Origin: Microbacterium sp.
GTDB taxonomy: Bacteria > Actinomycetota > Actinomycetes > Actinomycetales > Microbacteriaceae
DNA length: 64,000 bases
NCBI RefSeq assembly: GCF_047606685.1
Contig: NZ_JASGEC010000060.1
Span: 9,314 to 73,313 of the forward strand
Direction of reading: 5' to 3'
Shown: one piece after another, positions 1 through 8,481 of the stretch
How the letters are laid out: each line of letters opens with the position of its first letter
Numbering within the stretch: position 1 is the first letter of the stretch
The notes under the pieces: model-generated
Databases searched by the model: none
What the model saw: only the letters and a program-made list of their open reading frames with translations
What the model was told of the DNA's origin: nothing
Made by a program: the position numbers and the translations under genes

Positions 1-3000
1 GCACTGACCGCCGACGAGTACCGCCAGTGGGTCGATTGGACGAACCCGCTCACCGGGGAGTCGATGGGCAAGCCCCGACTGCCCGGCGACGGCAGGCGTG
101 GATCGCCGCGGTTCGCGGAGATGGTCGTGAATGTCCCCAAGTCCCTCTCCGTCGCCGCCGCGCTCCACCCCGAGGTGTCCGAGGCGTTGGACGCGGCGCA
201 GCGCGACGCCGTGGCGGAGATTCGTTCCTGGCTCGGCCAGCACTCCGTCACGCGAGTCGGGCCGCGCGGCGCGCAGGAGGTGGTGCCGGTCGAGCAGTTG
301 GAGACAGTCGCTGTCTCGCACAAGACGAGCCGCGCCGGTGATCCGCACCGGCATATCCACTTCCAGATCGGCAGCCGAGTCTGGGCGGCCGGTGCGTGGC
401 GCGGGTTGGACACGGCGGCGTTGTTCCGGCAGCAGGGCGCGATCCGTGCCCTCGGCACCGCGGTCCTTGCGGCGCACCCGCAGCTCGCCCAGGTGCTCGA
501 CGCGCACGGCCTGACGCTCGATCCGGTGACCGGGGAGGTCGCGGAGCTGGAGCCGTGGAACGCGCTGATGTCCAAGCGCGGCGCGCAGGTGGCGCGCAAC
601 CTGGAGAAGTTCACCGCCGAGTGGGAGGCGGCGCATCCCGGCGTCGAGCCGGGGCCGGTGGTGCGCGCCAGGTTGCAGGCGAAGGCGTGGGATCACGAGC
701 GGCCGAGCAAGAAGCCCAGCACGCTCGGGTCCGAGGCGGGCTGGCTGCGCGAGTTGCAGGACGCCGGCTACACGCCCGACCTGCCGCGCGCCACCGTGCA
801 ACCGGCGCGCACGCTGGACGAGCTGACCGTGCAGCAGGTGGCCTCCCGTGCGCTCGACCGAACTGCGGCCGGGGCGTCGGCGTGGACCATGCATGACGTG
901 CAGGAGCAGGTGGCGCGCATCGTCACCGAGGCCGGCGTGCGGGCCACCCCGGACGAGCTGCGCGAGTTCATCGGGATCACGACACGGCTGGCCGCCGACG
1001 ACTGCCTCTCGATCCTCCCGCCCGGCGCACCTACGCACGAGCATGTGGCGCATCTGACGACGTTGCACGTCGTTGCGGTCGAGACGGAGCTGCGCGACCG
1101 GCTCGCTGCACGCGCCACCGTGCGCACGTCCGGTGCAAACCCGGCCGTGCGGGAGCCGGGGCTGGACGCGGACCAGGCGCGCGCCGCTGCCGCGGTCGCC
1201 TCGGCCCGGCCGCTGGTCGTGGTCGAGGGCGCGGCCGGCGCGGGCAAGACCACCATGCTCGGCGCAGCGATCCGCGCCGCCGAGCAGGACGGCCGCACCG
1301 TGCGGGTGGTGACGCCGACGAAGAAGGCCGCCGAGGTCGCCGCCAGCGAGCTCGGCGTGCCGACCGACTCCGTGGCCGCGCTCGTCCACGCACACGGGTT
1401 CCGGTGGAACGCCGACGGCGTCTGGACCCGCCTTGCCGTGGGCGACACGGACTCGGAAACGGGTGCAACCTACCGCGGCCCCGCGAAGGCGAACCGCCTG
1501 GCTGCCGGTGAGCGGATCGTGGTGGACGAGGCCGGGATGCTCGACCAGGACACCGCCCTCGCCCTCCTGACCATCGCGGACGAGGCCAGCGCAACGCTCG
1601 CGCTCGTCGGGGACCGGGCGCAGCTCCCCGCAGTCGGCAGGGGCGGCGTGTTCGACATCGCCGCCGCCCTGACTCCGCGGGTGTTCGACCTGACGAGCCT
1701 GCACCGCTTCACCGATCCCGACTACGCGCAGCTCACTCTCGACCTGCGGGCCGGCCGCGACCCCACCAAGCTGTTCGACCGGCTGTACGCGCTCGGCCTG
1801 GTCGTGCTGCACGAGGACGCCGAGACGCTGCATACCGCGGTCGCCGCCGAGCGGATCGACGGGGCCGCGATCACCACGGCGACAAACGACGAGGCCCGCG
1901 AGCTGAACGCCCTGATCCACGAGGACCGCGTGCGGGAGGGCGTGGTCGACGACGCCCGCACCACCGAAGGCTCGGACGGCCTCAGCATCGGCCGGGGCGA
2001 CTTGATCCAGACCCGCCGCAACGACGCGGAGGTGGGCGTGGCGAACCGGCAGACCTGGATCGTCCAACAGGTCGGAGACGACGGGAGCCTGTGGGCGCGG
2101 GACCCCGCCTCCGGCCGGAAGCAGCAGCGCACCGCGTGGCTGCCCGCCGAGTACGTCACGGAGCACACCCACCTGGCCTATGCCGCGACCGCCTACGGCG
2201 TCCAGGGCCTCACCGCCCCCGAGTCCCACACGATCCTCACCGACGCCCTCAGCGCGGCCGGCGTCTATGTCGGCCTCACCCGCGGCCGCGAGGCGAACCG
2301 CCTGCACGTCGTCTCCGCGGACCTCGGGGACGCGCGCGAGCAGTTCGCGGCCGCACTCGAGCGGGATCGCGCCGATCGGGGGCTCCGCGAGGCGACCGAA
2401 CGGGCGAGACTCGCCGTCGCCGGAATCGTCGCGGACGGTCCCGCGACGATCGTGAACGCCGAGCGCGCTCGTCTCACGAAGCTGATCGAACAAGCCGAGC
2501 GGGCGACGTCGAAGTGGGAACGGGAGGCAGCCGCGTTCGCCACGCTGGCAAACCGGCACAAGAACGAGACGGACAAGCAGAAGGCGATGGTCACTGCGGC
2601 CGAAGCGGAGGCACAGCGAGTGCGAGCGGCGGTCGCCGACCCGCTCATCGCCCAAGCAACCGCGGACGGCACGGCGGTCATCACCGCACAGTCGCGGGTG
2701 TGGGAGGCATCGCGGACGCGGAGTGCGACGCGAGGGTTCCGCAAGCGCAGCGCGGCCCGTGCGCTGAGTGCCGCGATACGCGAGCGTGAGACCGCCGAGA
2801 CGGCCGCTCGCCAGCGTTGGGGCAGCATCCCTGCCACGGCCACGAGCGTTGAGGGGTGGGCCGCGACCGTCGCAGGCCGTGAGGCCGACGCGCATCCTCG
2901 CGTGGTCGAGCAGCGTGAGCGCGTCGCGGATGCCAAGCAGAAGCAGCAGGAACTCGCAGCCCGGCACACGCAGCAGAACCGCGCCCTCATCGCCCAGGCG

Positions 3001-3276
3001 TTCGGGGATCGAACCCCGAGCAGCCCGCGGAAGCTCGCCGCCCAATGGCGGGCGCAGGTAGAGACGGCCCGCCGCGACCTCGCCACCATCGAGGCCCTAC
3101 CCGTGGCCGAGGCAGCGCAGCTCATTCGCGACCGCGCCGCTCAGGAGCAGGCCCGGCGCGAGGCTGCCGAGCGCGCCCTGGTCGCGCGGAAGGCACGCGC
3201 CATGCAGCTCCACGACTTCACTCGCCGCCCTCCAGACCGCGGGCCGACGCCGCCCAGTCATGGGCTTGGGCTATGA
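1..3276 (+). CDS. MobF/TrwC-type conjugative relaxase fused to a RecD-like helicase (TraA-like); 5' end lies outside the window
   Basis: Frame 1 is open from nt 1, with no stop before the listed ATG at 64, so the gene is truncated by the window edge. It carries the relaxase His motif SHKTSRAGDPHRHIHFQIG. The helicase part has P-loop GAAGAGKTT and Walker B VVDEAGM. The last ~350 aa form an Ala/Arg/Glu-rich coiled-coil tail. Confidence 0.85.
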   Translation, partial: ALTADEYRQWVDWTNPLTGESMGKPRLPGDGRRGSPRFAEMVVNVPKSLSVAAALHPEVSEALDAAQRDAVAEIRSWLGQHSVTRVGPRGAQEVVPVEQLETVAVSHKTSRAGDPHRHIHFQIGSRVWAAGAWRGLDTAALFRQQGAIRALGTAVLAAHPQLAQVLDAHGLTLDPVTGEVAELEPWNALMSKRGAQVARNLEKFTAEWEAAHPGVEPGPVVRARLQAKAWDHERPSKKPSTLGSEAGWLRELQDAGYTPDLPRATVQPARTLDELTVQQVASRALDRTAAGASAWTMHDVQEQVARIVTEAGVRATPDELREFIGITTRLAADDCLSILPPGAPTHEHVAHLTTLHVVAVETELRDRLAARATVRTSGANPAVREPGLDADQARAAAAVASARPLVVVEGAAGAGKTTMLGAAIRAAEQDGRTVRVVTPTKKAAEVAASELGVPTDSVAALVHAHGFRWNADGVWTRLAVGDTDSETGATYRGPAKANRLAAGERIVVDEAGMLDQDTALALLTIADEASATLALVGDRAQLPAVGRGGVFDIAAALTPRVFDLTSLHRFTDPDYAQLTLDLRAGRDPTKLFDRLYALGLVVLHEDAETLHTAVAAERIDGAAITTATNDEARELNALIHEDRVREGVVDDARTTEGSDGLSIGRGDLIQTRRNDAEVGVANRQTWIVQQVGDDGSLWARDPASGRKQQRTAWLPAEYVTEHTHLAYAATAYGVQGLTAPESHTILTDALSAAGVYVGLTRGREANRLHVVSADLGDAREQFAAALERDRADRGLREATERARLAVAGIVADGPATIVNAERARLTKLIEQAERATSKWEREAAAFATLANRHKNETDKQKAMVTAAEAEAQRVRAAVADPLIAQATADGTAVITAQSRVWEASRTRSATRGFRKRSAARALSAAIRERETAETAARQRWGSIPATATSVEGWAATVAGREADAHPRVVEQRERVADAKQKQQELAARHTQQNRALIAQAFGDRTPSSPRKLAAQWRAQVETARRDLATIEALPVAEAAQLIRDRAAQEQARREAAERALVARKARAMQLHDFTRRPPDRGPTPPSHGLGL

Positions 3277-3304
3277 CCACCGCACGGCGCGCTCCCGCGA
3301 ATAC

Positions 3305-3856
3305 TCAGTAAAGCTTCGACCGGGCCGCATCCACGAACTTCGGCACCCCGGCACGGGTGAGTGAGAGCAGGAAGTCATCGACAGTCATCGCCGGAGAGTC
3401 GTATCCCTCGACGAGTTCGACCAGGGCGCGAAGCGTCGGCGCGTGGTAGAGGTCGAGCTGATCCAGGAGGAAGTCGTCGGGGTGGACGACTTCGAGGTCG
3501 AACGGTTCGACGGCCTCCGCCGGGAAGTGCTTCGTGTTGAAGGTCACCAGCACTTCGGCGCCACCGCGGACGGCGGCTGCGAGGACGTGCCGATCCTTCT
3601 CGTCGTTCGTCATCGTCGGCACCAGATCGTCGTAGCCGGTGACCATCGCATCGGCGAAATAGTGCTCCATCGTGCCGACGCGCTTCTCGACGAGCGCCGG
3701 GTCCTCGCCGTTCTTCACGAGGTTCTTCGCCAGCTCGAACAGCACATCCTTCGACCACAACGGCCGGAACAGTCCACGATCAGCGAGTTCGAGGATGAAA
3801 TCGTTGAGCAGCGCCCCGTAGAGAACGTTGGTATCGAAGAAGGCGGGAAAGCTCAC
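3305..3856 (-). CDS. PIN-domain toxin (VapC-like ribonuclease)
   Basis: It has the N-terminal FFDTNVL acidic motif, DRHVLAAA, and LVTFNTKHF near the C-terminus, which is the PIN_3-like pattern. Its start overlaps the stop of the upstream HTH gene by 4 nt. Confidence 0.8.
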   Translation of the reverse strand: MSFPAFFDTNVLYGALLNDFILELADRGLFRPLWSKDVLFELAKNLVKNGEDPALVEKRVGTMEHYFADAMVTGYDDLVPTMTNDEKDRHVLAAAVRGGAEVLVTFNTKHFPAEAVEPFDLEVVHPDDFLLDQLDLYHAPTLRALVELVEGYDSPAMTVDDFLLSLTRAGVPKFVDAARSKLY

Positions 3857-4389
3857 TCAGCGTCCAGCTCCGCACGGCGCGTCACATCGGCCGGGTTACC
3901 GACCTGAACCTTCGCCCCCAGACTCGCGCGCTGCAACTCGCGCAGCGCAGCGCGACGCTCGGCACGGAAGTTCGCCTGGTACGCGACCAAGTCCTCCAAC
4001 CGGACACGACGGTGGCGGCCGGGCTTGTCGTAAGCGATGTCGCCCGCCTCCAGGAGACGGACCAGCGTCGGGCGGCTGATGCCAAGGAAGTCCGCGGCCT
4101 GCTGCGTCGTCATGGTCATGCCCTGCGGCACGATCGTGATGCCCTCACCCGCGGCGAGCGCGTTCGTCACCTGATCGAGGATGCGGAAGATCTCATCCGG
4201 GATGGGACGGGCGTTGCCCTGGGGGTCGACGAGCGCAGCCTTGGACGAGCTCTGCGCGAGGAAGACCTCGAGCTCGCGCATCAACTCGGCGAAGTCGAGA
4301 ATCTCCTCACGAGCGTCGGCCTCGGGGAGGTAGGTCTGTGCCTTGCGGGCACCGCGTGGGGTGGCGGTCGAGGTGCTCATAGTACTCAT
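3853..4389 (-). CDS. Excisionase/MerR-type HTH antitoxin partner of the PIN toxin
   Basis: The motif TTQQAADFLGISRPTLVRLLEAGDIAYDKPGRHRRVRLEDLVAY is a classic HTH_17 signature. I chose the start at MSTMSTS (ATG at 4389) rather than the listed 4494, because the upstream part looks non-coding. Confidence 0.75.
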   Translation of the reverse strand: MSTMSTSTATPRGARKAQTYLPEADAREEILDFAELMRELEVFLAQSSSKAALVDPQGNARPIPDEIFRILDQVTNALAAGEGITIVPQGMTMTTQQAADFLGISRPTLVRLLEAGDIAYDKPGRHRRVRLEDLVAYQANFRAERRAALRELQRASLGAKVQVGNPADVTRRAELDAE

Positions 4390-4567
4390 CCTACTTGGAC
4401 AAAACGAAAAAATCGAACACAAAGTCGGGTGGCGGACCTGCCGACCCTGGGCCATATCCGGGCCATTTCCGGCCACCGAACCAACTGCGAGCAACTGCGA
4501 CTATCCAGGAAAATACCTGGTCAGAAGCAAGCCGCCGCCATAGATACAGTGCGATTTCGCCCCCGAA

Positions 4568-4613
4568 CTCACTGAAAATCGTGAGGTCACGGGATCGACG
4601 CCCGTCGGAGCCA
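4568..4613 (+). other. tRNA-like 3' fragment (anticodon-arm-like hairpin, T-arm-like hairpin and acceptor-like tail); possible att remnant
   Basis: The segment reads CTCAC-TGAAAATC-GTGAG, then GTC, then ACGGG-ATCGACG-CCCGT, then CGGAGCC-A. There is no matching 5' acceptor strand or D-arm upstream, the T-loop is non-canonical (ATC instead of TTC), and the first loop has 8 nt. Confidence 0.25.
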
Positions 4614-4697
4614 CTGAACCCCCCGAGGTGGCTTCTACACCGAGGGGGTTCTTCATTTTTGGCGGTCGTGGCATCGAAACGGTGCGTCGTCGCGCCC

Positions 4698-4733
4698 CTC
4701 ACGCTCTGATCTTCACCGTGATCAGAGCGTGAG
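4698..4733 (-). terminator. Perfect 14-bp stem hairpin downstream of the TfoX_N-like gene
   Basis: CTCACGCTCTGATC and GATCAGAGCGTGAG pair across an 8-nt loop. The hairpin sits 73 nt after the stop at 4806 on the minus strand. It has no U-tract, which is common in actinobacteria. Confidence 0.4.
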
Positions 4734-4805
4734 TGCCGCGACTGTTCACGTCGGCTCCCGCGCGGTTCGCCGCTGAGAAAAGCGCTCGAGGACACGATCA
4801 GCGGC

Positions 4806-5159
4806 TCACGGGCGCCCGCCCGTCACGGCGCGGTTGTGCTCCATGGCGACCCCAACCCAGAACGACAGCTGCTCGTCGCCCCCGATCGCGTCAGCCGCGA
4901 CCTCGATCCAGCCCGGCCCCATGTCGCGCCCTGGCCCCATCTCCGCCTGCACCGCTCCCGGCCGGGCCAGCAGCTCGTCGTGCCGGCCAGCATCCACTCG
5001 CACCAGCAGCCTGCCGCCCTTCAACGCGCTGACGATCATCTTCTCGTTCACCATCACAGAGCGGCTGCCGAACATCGGCACTTCACGCACCACGGGCTCA
5101 TCTGCCACCAGCGCACGGATCCGTTCGATGAGCTCCGCCTGCTCGGGCGTCACAGCCAT
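4806..5159 (-). CDS. TfoX N-terminal domain family protein
   Basis: Matching motifs are VREVPMFGSRSVMVNEKMIVSA, LLVRVD and WIEV...DEQLSFWV. I chose the start at MAVTPEQ (5159); the upstream Arg-rich extension is unlikely to be coding. Confidence 0.65.
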   Translation of the reverse strand: MAVTPEQAELIERIRALVADEPVVREVPMFGSRSVMVNEKMIVSALKGGRLLVRVDAGRHDELLARPGAVQAEMGPGRDMGPGWIEVAADAIGGDEQLSFWVGVAMEHNRAVTGGRP

Positions 5160-5164
5160 CCCTC

Positions 5165-5434
5165 TCACTCCCCCTGGTCGGGCGGGCCGAAGGAGAGCCG
5201 GTCGAAGATCAGCACGCTCTCGGCGATCTTGCCGTCTCGGCGACGTAGCCCGTCGCGGTCTCGACGTCGCCACTCGTCCAGGCGCGGTGGTACGTGCGCA
5301 CGATGTCGTGCTCGGACTCTTGAGCCATCGGACTCTCCTTCGCTTGTGCCGCGAGTGCCGTCGTTGGTGGTCAAGTACTCGAACACGGTCTCGGGCGCCG
5401 CGGCGATGTCGATGGAGTCTCGGAACTCAGCCAC
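5165..5434 (-). pseudogene. Gene debris: an SRPBCC/AHSA1-like N-terminal stub joined to a frameshifted NTF2/SnoaL-like remnant
   Basis: The GTG-started frame gives AEFRDSIDIAAAPETVFEYLTTNDG, a typical SRPBCC start and the usual downstream partner of ArsR, and then turns into Arg-rich nonsense. An alternate frame reads MAQESEHDIVRTYHRAWTSGDVETATGYVAE. The original frame ends with DGKIAESVLIFDRLSFGP. These are the two ends of an NTF2-like protein with the middle missing. Confidence 0.5.
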
Positions 5435-5762
5435 GGGCGATCGGCTTCCGCGACTCGATGACCGCCTTCAGGTCGGCCAGCTTTCCGGGCCAGAAATCGT
5501 CGAGGTACGAGCGCACGGCCGCGAGCCCGTCGGTGTCGACCGCGAACAAGTGGCGCGTGCCATCCCGAGTGCCCACGGCGAGGCCCGCCCTCCGCAGCAC
5601 TCCGAGATGGTGGGAGGCCGTCTGCTGCGAAAGGCCGACCTCCTCGGCGATCGCCCCGACCGGCTGCGGAGCAGAGCGGATCACCCGCAGGATCGCGCGC
5701 CGGTTTCCGTCGGCCAACGCCCGCAGCGCGAGATCGAGGTCGACCGCAGCCTCCGCGCCCAT
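5427..5762 (-). CDS. ArsR/SmtB family transcriptional regulator
   Basis: LRALADGNRRAILRVI...PVGAIAEEVGLSQQTASHHLGVLRRAGLV is the canonical winged-HTH signature. Confidence 0.9.
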   Translation of the reverse strand: MGAEAAVDLDLALRALADGNRRAILRVIRSAPQPVGAIAEEVGLSQQTASHHLGVLRRAGLAVGTRDGTRHLFAVDTDGLAAVRSYLDDFWPGKLADLKAVIESRKPIARG

Positions 5763-5796
5763 CGCCGCCTCCTCGCTTGGTCGCGTTCACCATAAC

Positions 5797-5812
5797 ACAA
5801 ATGACTGTTTGT
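5797..5812. promoter_or_regulatory. Candidate ArsR operator in the divergent intergenic region
   Basis: ACAAA-N6-TTTGT is an inverted repeat inside the only AT-rich patch between the divergent arsR-like and ydeI-like genes. Confidence 0.3.
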
Positions 5813-5816
5813 ACTC

Positions 5817-6251
5817 ATGGTTACATGCACAAGCGACACCACCCCCGTCGGCACAGAGCCCGCGGGTAGCCTGGGCGACGGCACACCCATCACCCCGTCG
5901 AGGAAGGCGCGCACAGTGCAGCAAGATCTCGAGCGCCGGTCATTCGACTCTGTCGACGACCTGTGGGCATGGCTCGTCGAGAACCACGAGACTCACCCGG
6001 GCCTCTGGGTCGTGCTGCAGAAGGCCGACAGCTCGAAGCCCTCGGTCTCCTTCCACGATCTGCTGGAGGCGGGAATCGCCTTCGGCTGGAGTGAGAGCAC
6101 GCGTCGGGCGAACGACCGGACGTCGTACCTGCAGAAGTTCACGCCCCGCCGCACGAAGGGCACGGCATCGCCCCGCAACGCCGCGCTCGCCGATCGGCTC
6201 GAGGCCGAGGGGCGGATGACTCCCGCCGGGCGGAGCGCGCTCGGGCGTTGA
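5817..6251 (+). CDS. YdeI/OmpD-associated family protein
   Basis: Matching motifs are DDLWAWLVENHETHPGLWVVLQK, VSFHDLLEAGIAFGWSES, SYLQKFTPRRTKG and RNAALADRLEAEGRMTPAG. The true start may be an internal GTG near 5917. Confidence 0.7.
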   Translation: MVTCTSDTTPVGTEPAGSLGDGTPITPSRKARTVQQDLERRSFDSVDDLWAWLVENHETHPGLWVVLQKADSSKPSVSFHDLLEAGIAFGWSESTRRANDRTSYLQKFTPRRTKGTASPRNAALADRLEAEGRMTPAGRSALGR

Positions 6252-6313
6252 CCGCCGAGCCCATCCGGGTGGCGTTGGCTCAATCTCCCGACCCTCGGGG
6301 CCCGCCCCCGACC

Positions 6314-7249
6314 TCAACGGATGCTGCCGCGCGCCACCAGGCCGCAGAGCCCCACCACGAGCCACAGCCCGCCTGACCACCACAGCGCGAGCAGCAGCAT
6401 CCCGCTGTCGAAGACGCCCAGCAGCATCACGCCGACGCCGAGCACCCCGACGACCGCGTCGATCAGCGGCACGCGCGCCGCGAAGAGCACCGCGAGCAGC
6501 ACGACCACGAAGAACGTCACCCACATCGGCACGCTCGCGTCTTGCAGCGTTCCGGTGAGCAGGCCGCCGAAGGCGAGCATGGCCGGCAGCAGCAGCGCCA
6601 CCGCGCCGACGATGCGCCAGACGCGGCCGCCGCGCATCCAGATCGGCACGAGCATCGCCGCCCACAGCAGCAGCGCGAGCGGCACGTAGAAGCCGCCGAT
6701 CGTGAATCCGGCGAGGAGGGATGCCGCAGTCACCAGCCCCGCGACGGCCCACCCGGCGACGGCGCGCGCCCGCGACGGCAGCACGAGCGGCAGCAGCACG
6801 AGCGCCGCGGGCAGCAGCGGAAGCAGGCCGACGCCGATGCCCATCTGCTCGAAGAGAGTGGATGTCGCGTACACCTCCTGCTCGAAGCCGTTGCTGGACT
6901 GCACCGACTGGGCGGTCGTGTACAGCGGCAACAGGAAGGTCACGAACACAGCGGTCACCACCGCGAGCGCGAGCGCGGCCCCGTGCAGGATGCGGCCCGC
7001 CCGCGTGGCCGGATCGGCGGGCTCAGCGGGCGCGGCGGGCGGCAGACCCAGCTCTTCGCGGGCGGTGCGGGCGACCGCCTCCGGCGCGCCGAGCGCGGCG
7101 AGCACCGACTCGGGGTCGCGGCCGGCCTCGATCGCGTCGGCCGCGTGCGCGCGCACGTCGTCGAGGATCGTCTGGCGGGCGGCATCCGGAATCCCCGTGA
7201 GCGAGGCATCCAGTTCCCGCACGTACTTGTCGACGTCAGGATTGCTCAT
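6314..7249 (-). CDS. HAAS/DUF1700-type membrane protein, the sensor partner of PadR
   Basis: The N-terminus DKYVRELDASLTGIPDAARQTILDDVRAHAADAIEAGRDPESVLAALGAPEAVA is followed by about 6 hydrophobic helices. Its start overlaps the padR stop by 4 nt. Confidence 0.75.
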   Translation of the reverse strand: MSNPDVDKYVRELDASLTGIPDAARQTILDDVRAHAADAIEAGRDPESVLAALGAPEAVARTAREELGLPPAAPAEPADPATRAGRILHGAALALAVVTAVFVTFLLPLYTTAQSVQSSNGFEQEVYATSTLFEQMGIGVGLLPLLPAALVLLPLVLPSRARAVAGWAVAGLVTAASLLAGFTIGGFYVPLALLLWAAMLVPIWMRGGRVWRIVGAVALLLPAMLAFGGLLTGTLQDASVPMWVTFFVVVLLAVLFAARVPLIDAVVGVLGVGVMLLGVFDSGMLLLALWWSGGLWLVVGLCGLVARGSIR

Positions 7250-7584
7250 GACTCCTCCTTCAGAAGAGCGCCGACCTGCGGCACGATGGTCTGCCAGACG
7301 GCGGCGAAGGTGCGGAGCTGATCGCGGCCCCGGTCGGTGACGGCGTAGTAGCGGCGCGGGCGACCGGATGCCGCCGACTCCCAGCGCGTGCTGACGCTGC
7401 CGGTGTCGCGCATGCGCGCCAGCAGCGGGTACAGGCTGCCCTCGCTCGCGGTCAGGCCGCGCTCGACCAGCTCGTCGGCGAGCTGCAGGCCGTACATCTC
7501 ACGCCGCGCGAGCAGGGCGAGCACGCAGAACTCGAGCACTCCCTTGCGGATGTTCGTGGCGATCCGCTCGTCGTCGTCGGCCAT
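7246..7584 (-). CDS. PadR family transcriptional regulator
   Basis: The sequence KGVLEFCVLALLARREMYGLQLADEL...SEGSLYPLLARMRDTGSVSTRWE...GRPRRYYAVTDRG matches the family. Confidence 0.92.
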   Translation of the reverse strand: MADDDERIATNIRKGVLEFCVLALLARREMYGLQLADELVERGLTASEGSLYPLLARMRDTGSVSTRWESAASGRPRRYYAVTDRGRDQLRTFAAVWQTIVPQVGALLKEES

Positions 7585-7597
7585 GCCTCGACTCTAC

Positions 7598-7638
7598 CTT
7601 GCATAGCAAGACTTGTAAAGCAAGGCTTGCGCAGCAAG
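7598..7638. promoter_or_regulatory. Three tandem 14-bp palindromic boxes, CTTG(C/T)-N3-GCAAG, immediately upstream of the padR operon
   Basis: The boxes are CTTGCATAGCAAG (7598-7610), CTTGTAAAGCAAG (7612-7624) and CTTGCGCAGCAAG (7626-7638). They have an exact 14-bp phasing and begin 14 nt upstream of the padR start. Confidence 0.5.
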
Positions 7639-7756
7639 GTGTGCTGAGAGGAGGAGATGGGCCGAGGGGAGGATGCTTTCGCAGCATCCCGTCCTCCACT
7701 CGGCAGATCTCCTCCGCCCGGCCCCGTCAGCGGCGGGGATTCGCCCGCACGCGGAC

Positions 7757-7790
7757 GACATTGACGCGATGCTCCGACGCTCGGCGTCAG
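7757..7790. repeat. Partial copy (3' half) of a dispersed intergenic repeat
   Basis: GACATTGACGCGATGCTCCGACGCTCGGCGTCAG is identical over 34 nt to 9030-9063. Confidence 0.85.
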
Positions 7791-7890
7791 CCCCGCGCCT
7801 ACTAGACGGCATCAATCAGTGCACGGAGAGGTCGAAGTCGCGGGCGACGCTCAAGAGGCGAGGGTCGGCGCGATCGATCGCGTCGGCCTC

Positions 7891-8481
7891 CTAGCGCGCA
7901 ATCGACACTCCCTCGAACAGCGCCCAGCACTCGTACTGCCCAAGCCTTGACCCGTATCTGATCCCCGAGTACAGGAATCGCCCGTCCTCATCCACACGGC
8001 CGAAGAACCACTCGGCAAGGTAGCGGGTCAGGAACCGGTCTCTCCCGCGCACCGTAGCGACGTCCAACGTCTCGTGACCGAGCGCGGTCAACTGTGCAGG
8101 GATCTCAGCCGTGAGAAACGCGTGGGTTGCCGGGTGATCGATATCCACCAATGGCAGAGGGTCCTCCAAGCTGAACCGGACGATCTGGCGTCGCGTTCAC
8201 CAGTCCGCGGGGACGGCCCCGACTTCCATGAAGTGCTCATCGGCCTCGCGTGGCAGTGCTCGAATGGCTGCGGTCGGCCGGAACCGCGCCAGTGTCTCCG
8301 CGAATGCCCCGTCTGGATGGGTCGCCGCGTAGAGGACCCCGCCGCCCGGCACGTCAAAGCGATTGCCGCCGGCACGATTCTGCGCGTCGGTCGGACTGAT
8401 CCTCGAGAAGTTCAAGGGCTCCGGCCGGCGCCCCACGCGCCAAAGCTCGCGGGGCGCCTCGACAAGACGCGGCTCAACCAC
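7891..8481 (-). pseudogene. RES-domain toxin gene interrupted by an in-frame TGA
   Basis: The N-terminal part has GNRFDVPGGGVLYAATHPDGAFAETL (the R and E of RES). The C-terminal part has LYSGIRYGSRLGQYECWALF (the S of RES). Both parts are in the same frame, separated only by TGA at 8197-8199 (TGG TGA ACG). The likely GTG start at 8481 overlaps the antitoxin stop by 8 nt. Confidence 0.7.

Noticed and set aside
4541-4616. Intact tRNA gene
   Set aside because: The 5' acceptor strand complementary to CGGAGCC is absent, as is a D arm. The T-loop is non-canonical. Only a 3' fragment-like structure can be argued.
4834-6219. 461-aa and 319-aa plus-strand ORFs over the TfoX_N/ArsR/YdeI region
   Set aside because: They have low-complexity Ser/Arg/Pro translations. 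They overlap three short genes with clear family signatures on their own frames.
8197-8199. In-frame TGA in the RES gene considered as selenocysteine or programmed readthrough
   Set aside because: I found no SECIS-like hairpin immediately downstream. No Sec is known in RES domains. The partner antitoxin is also disrupted, which favours pseudogenisation. Read-level verification is still advisable.
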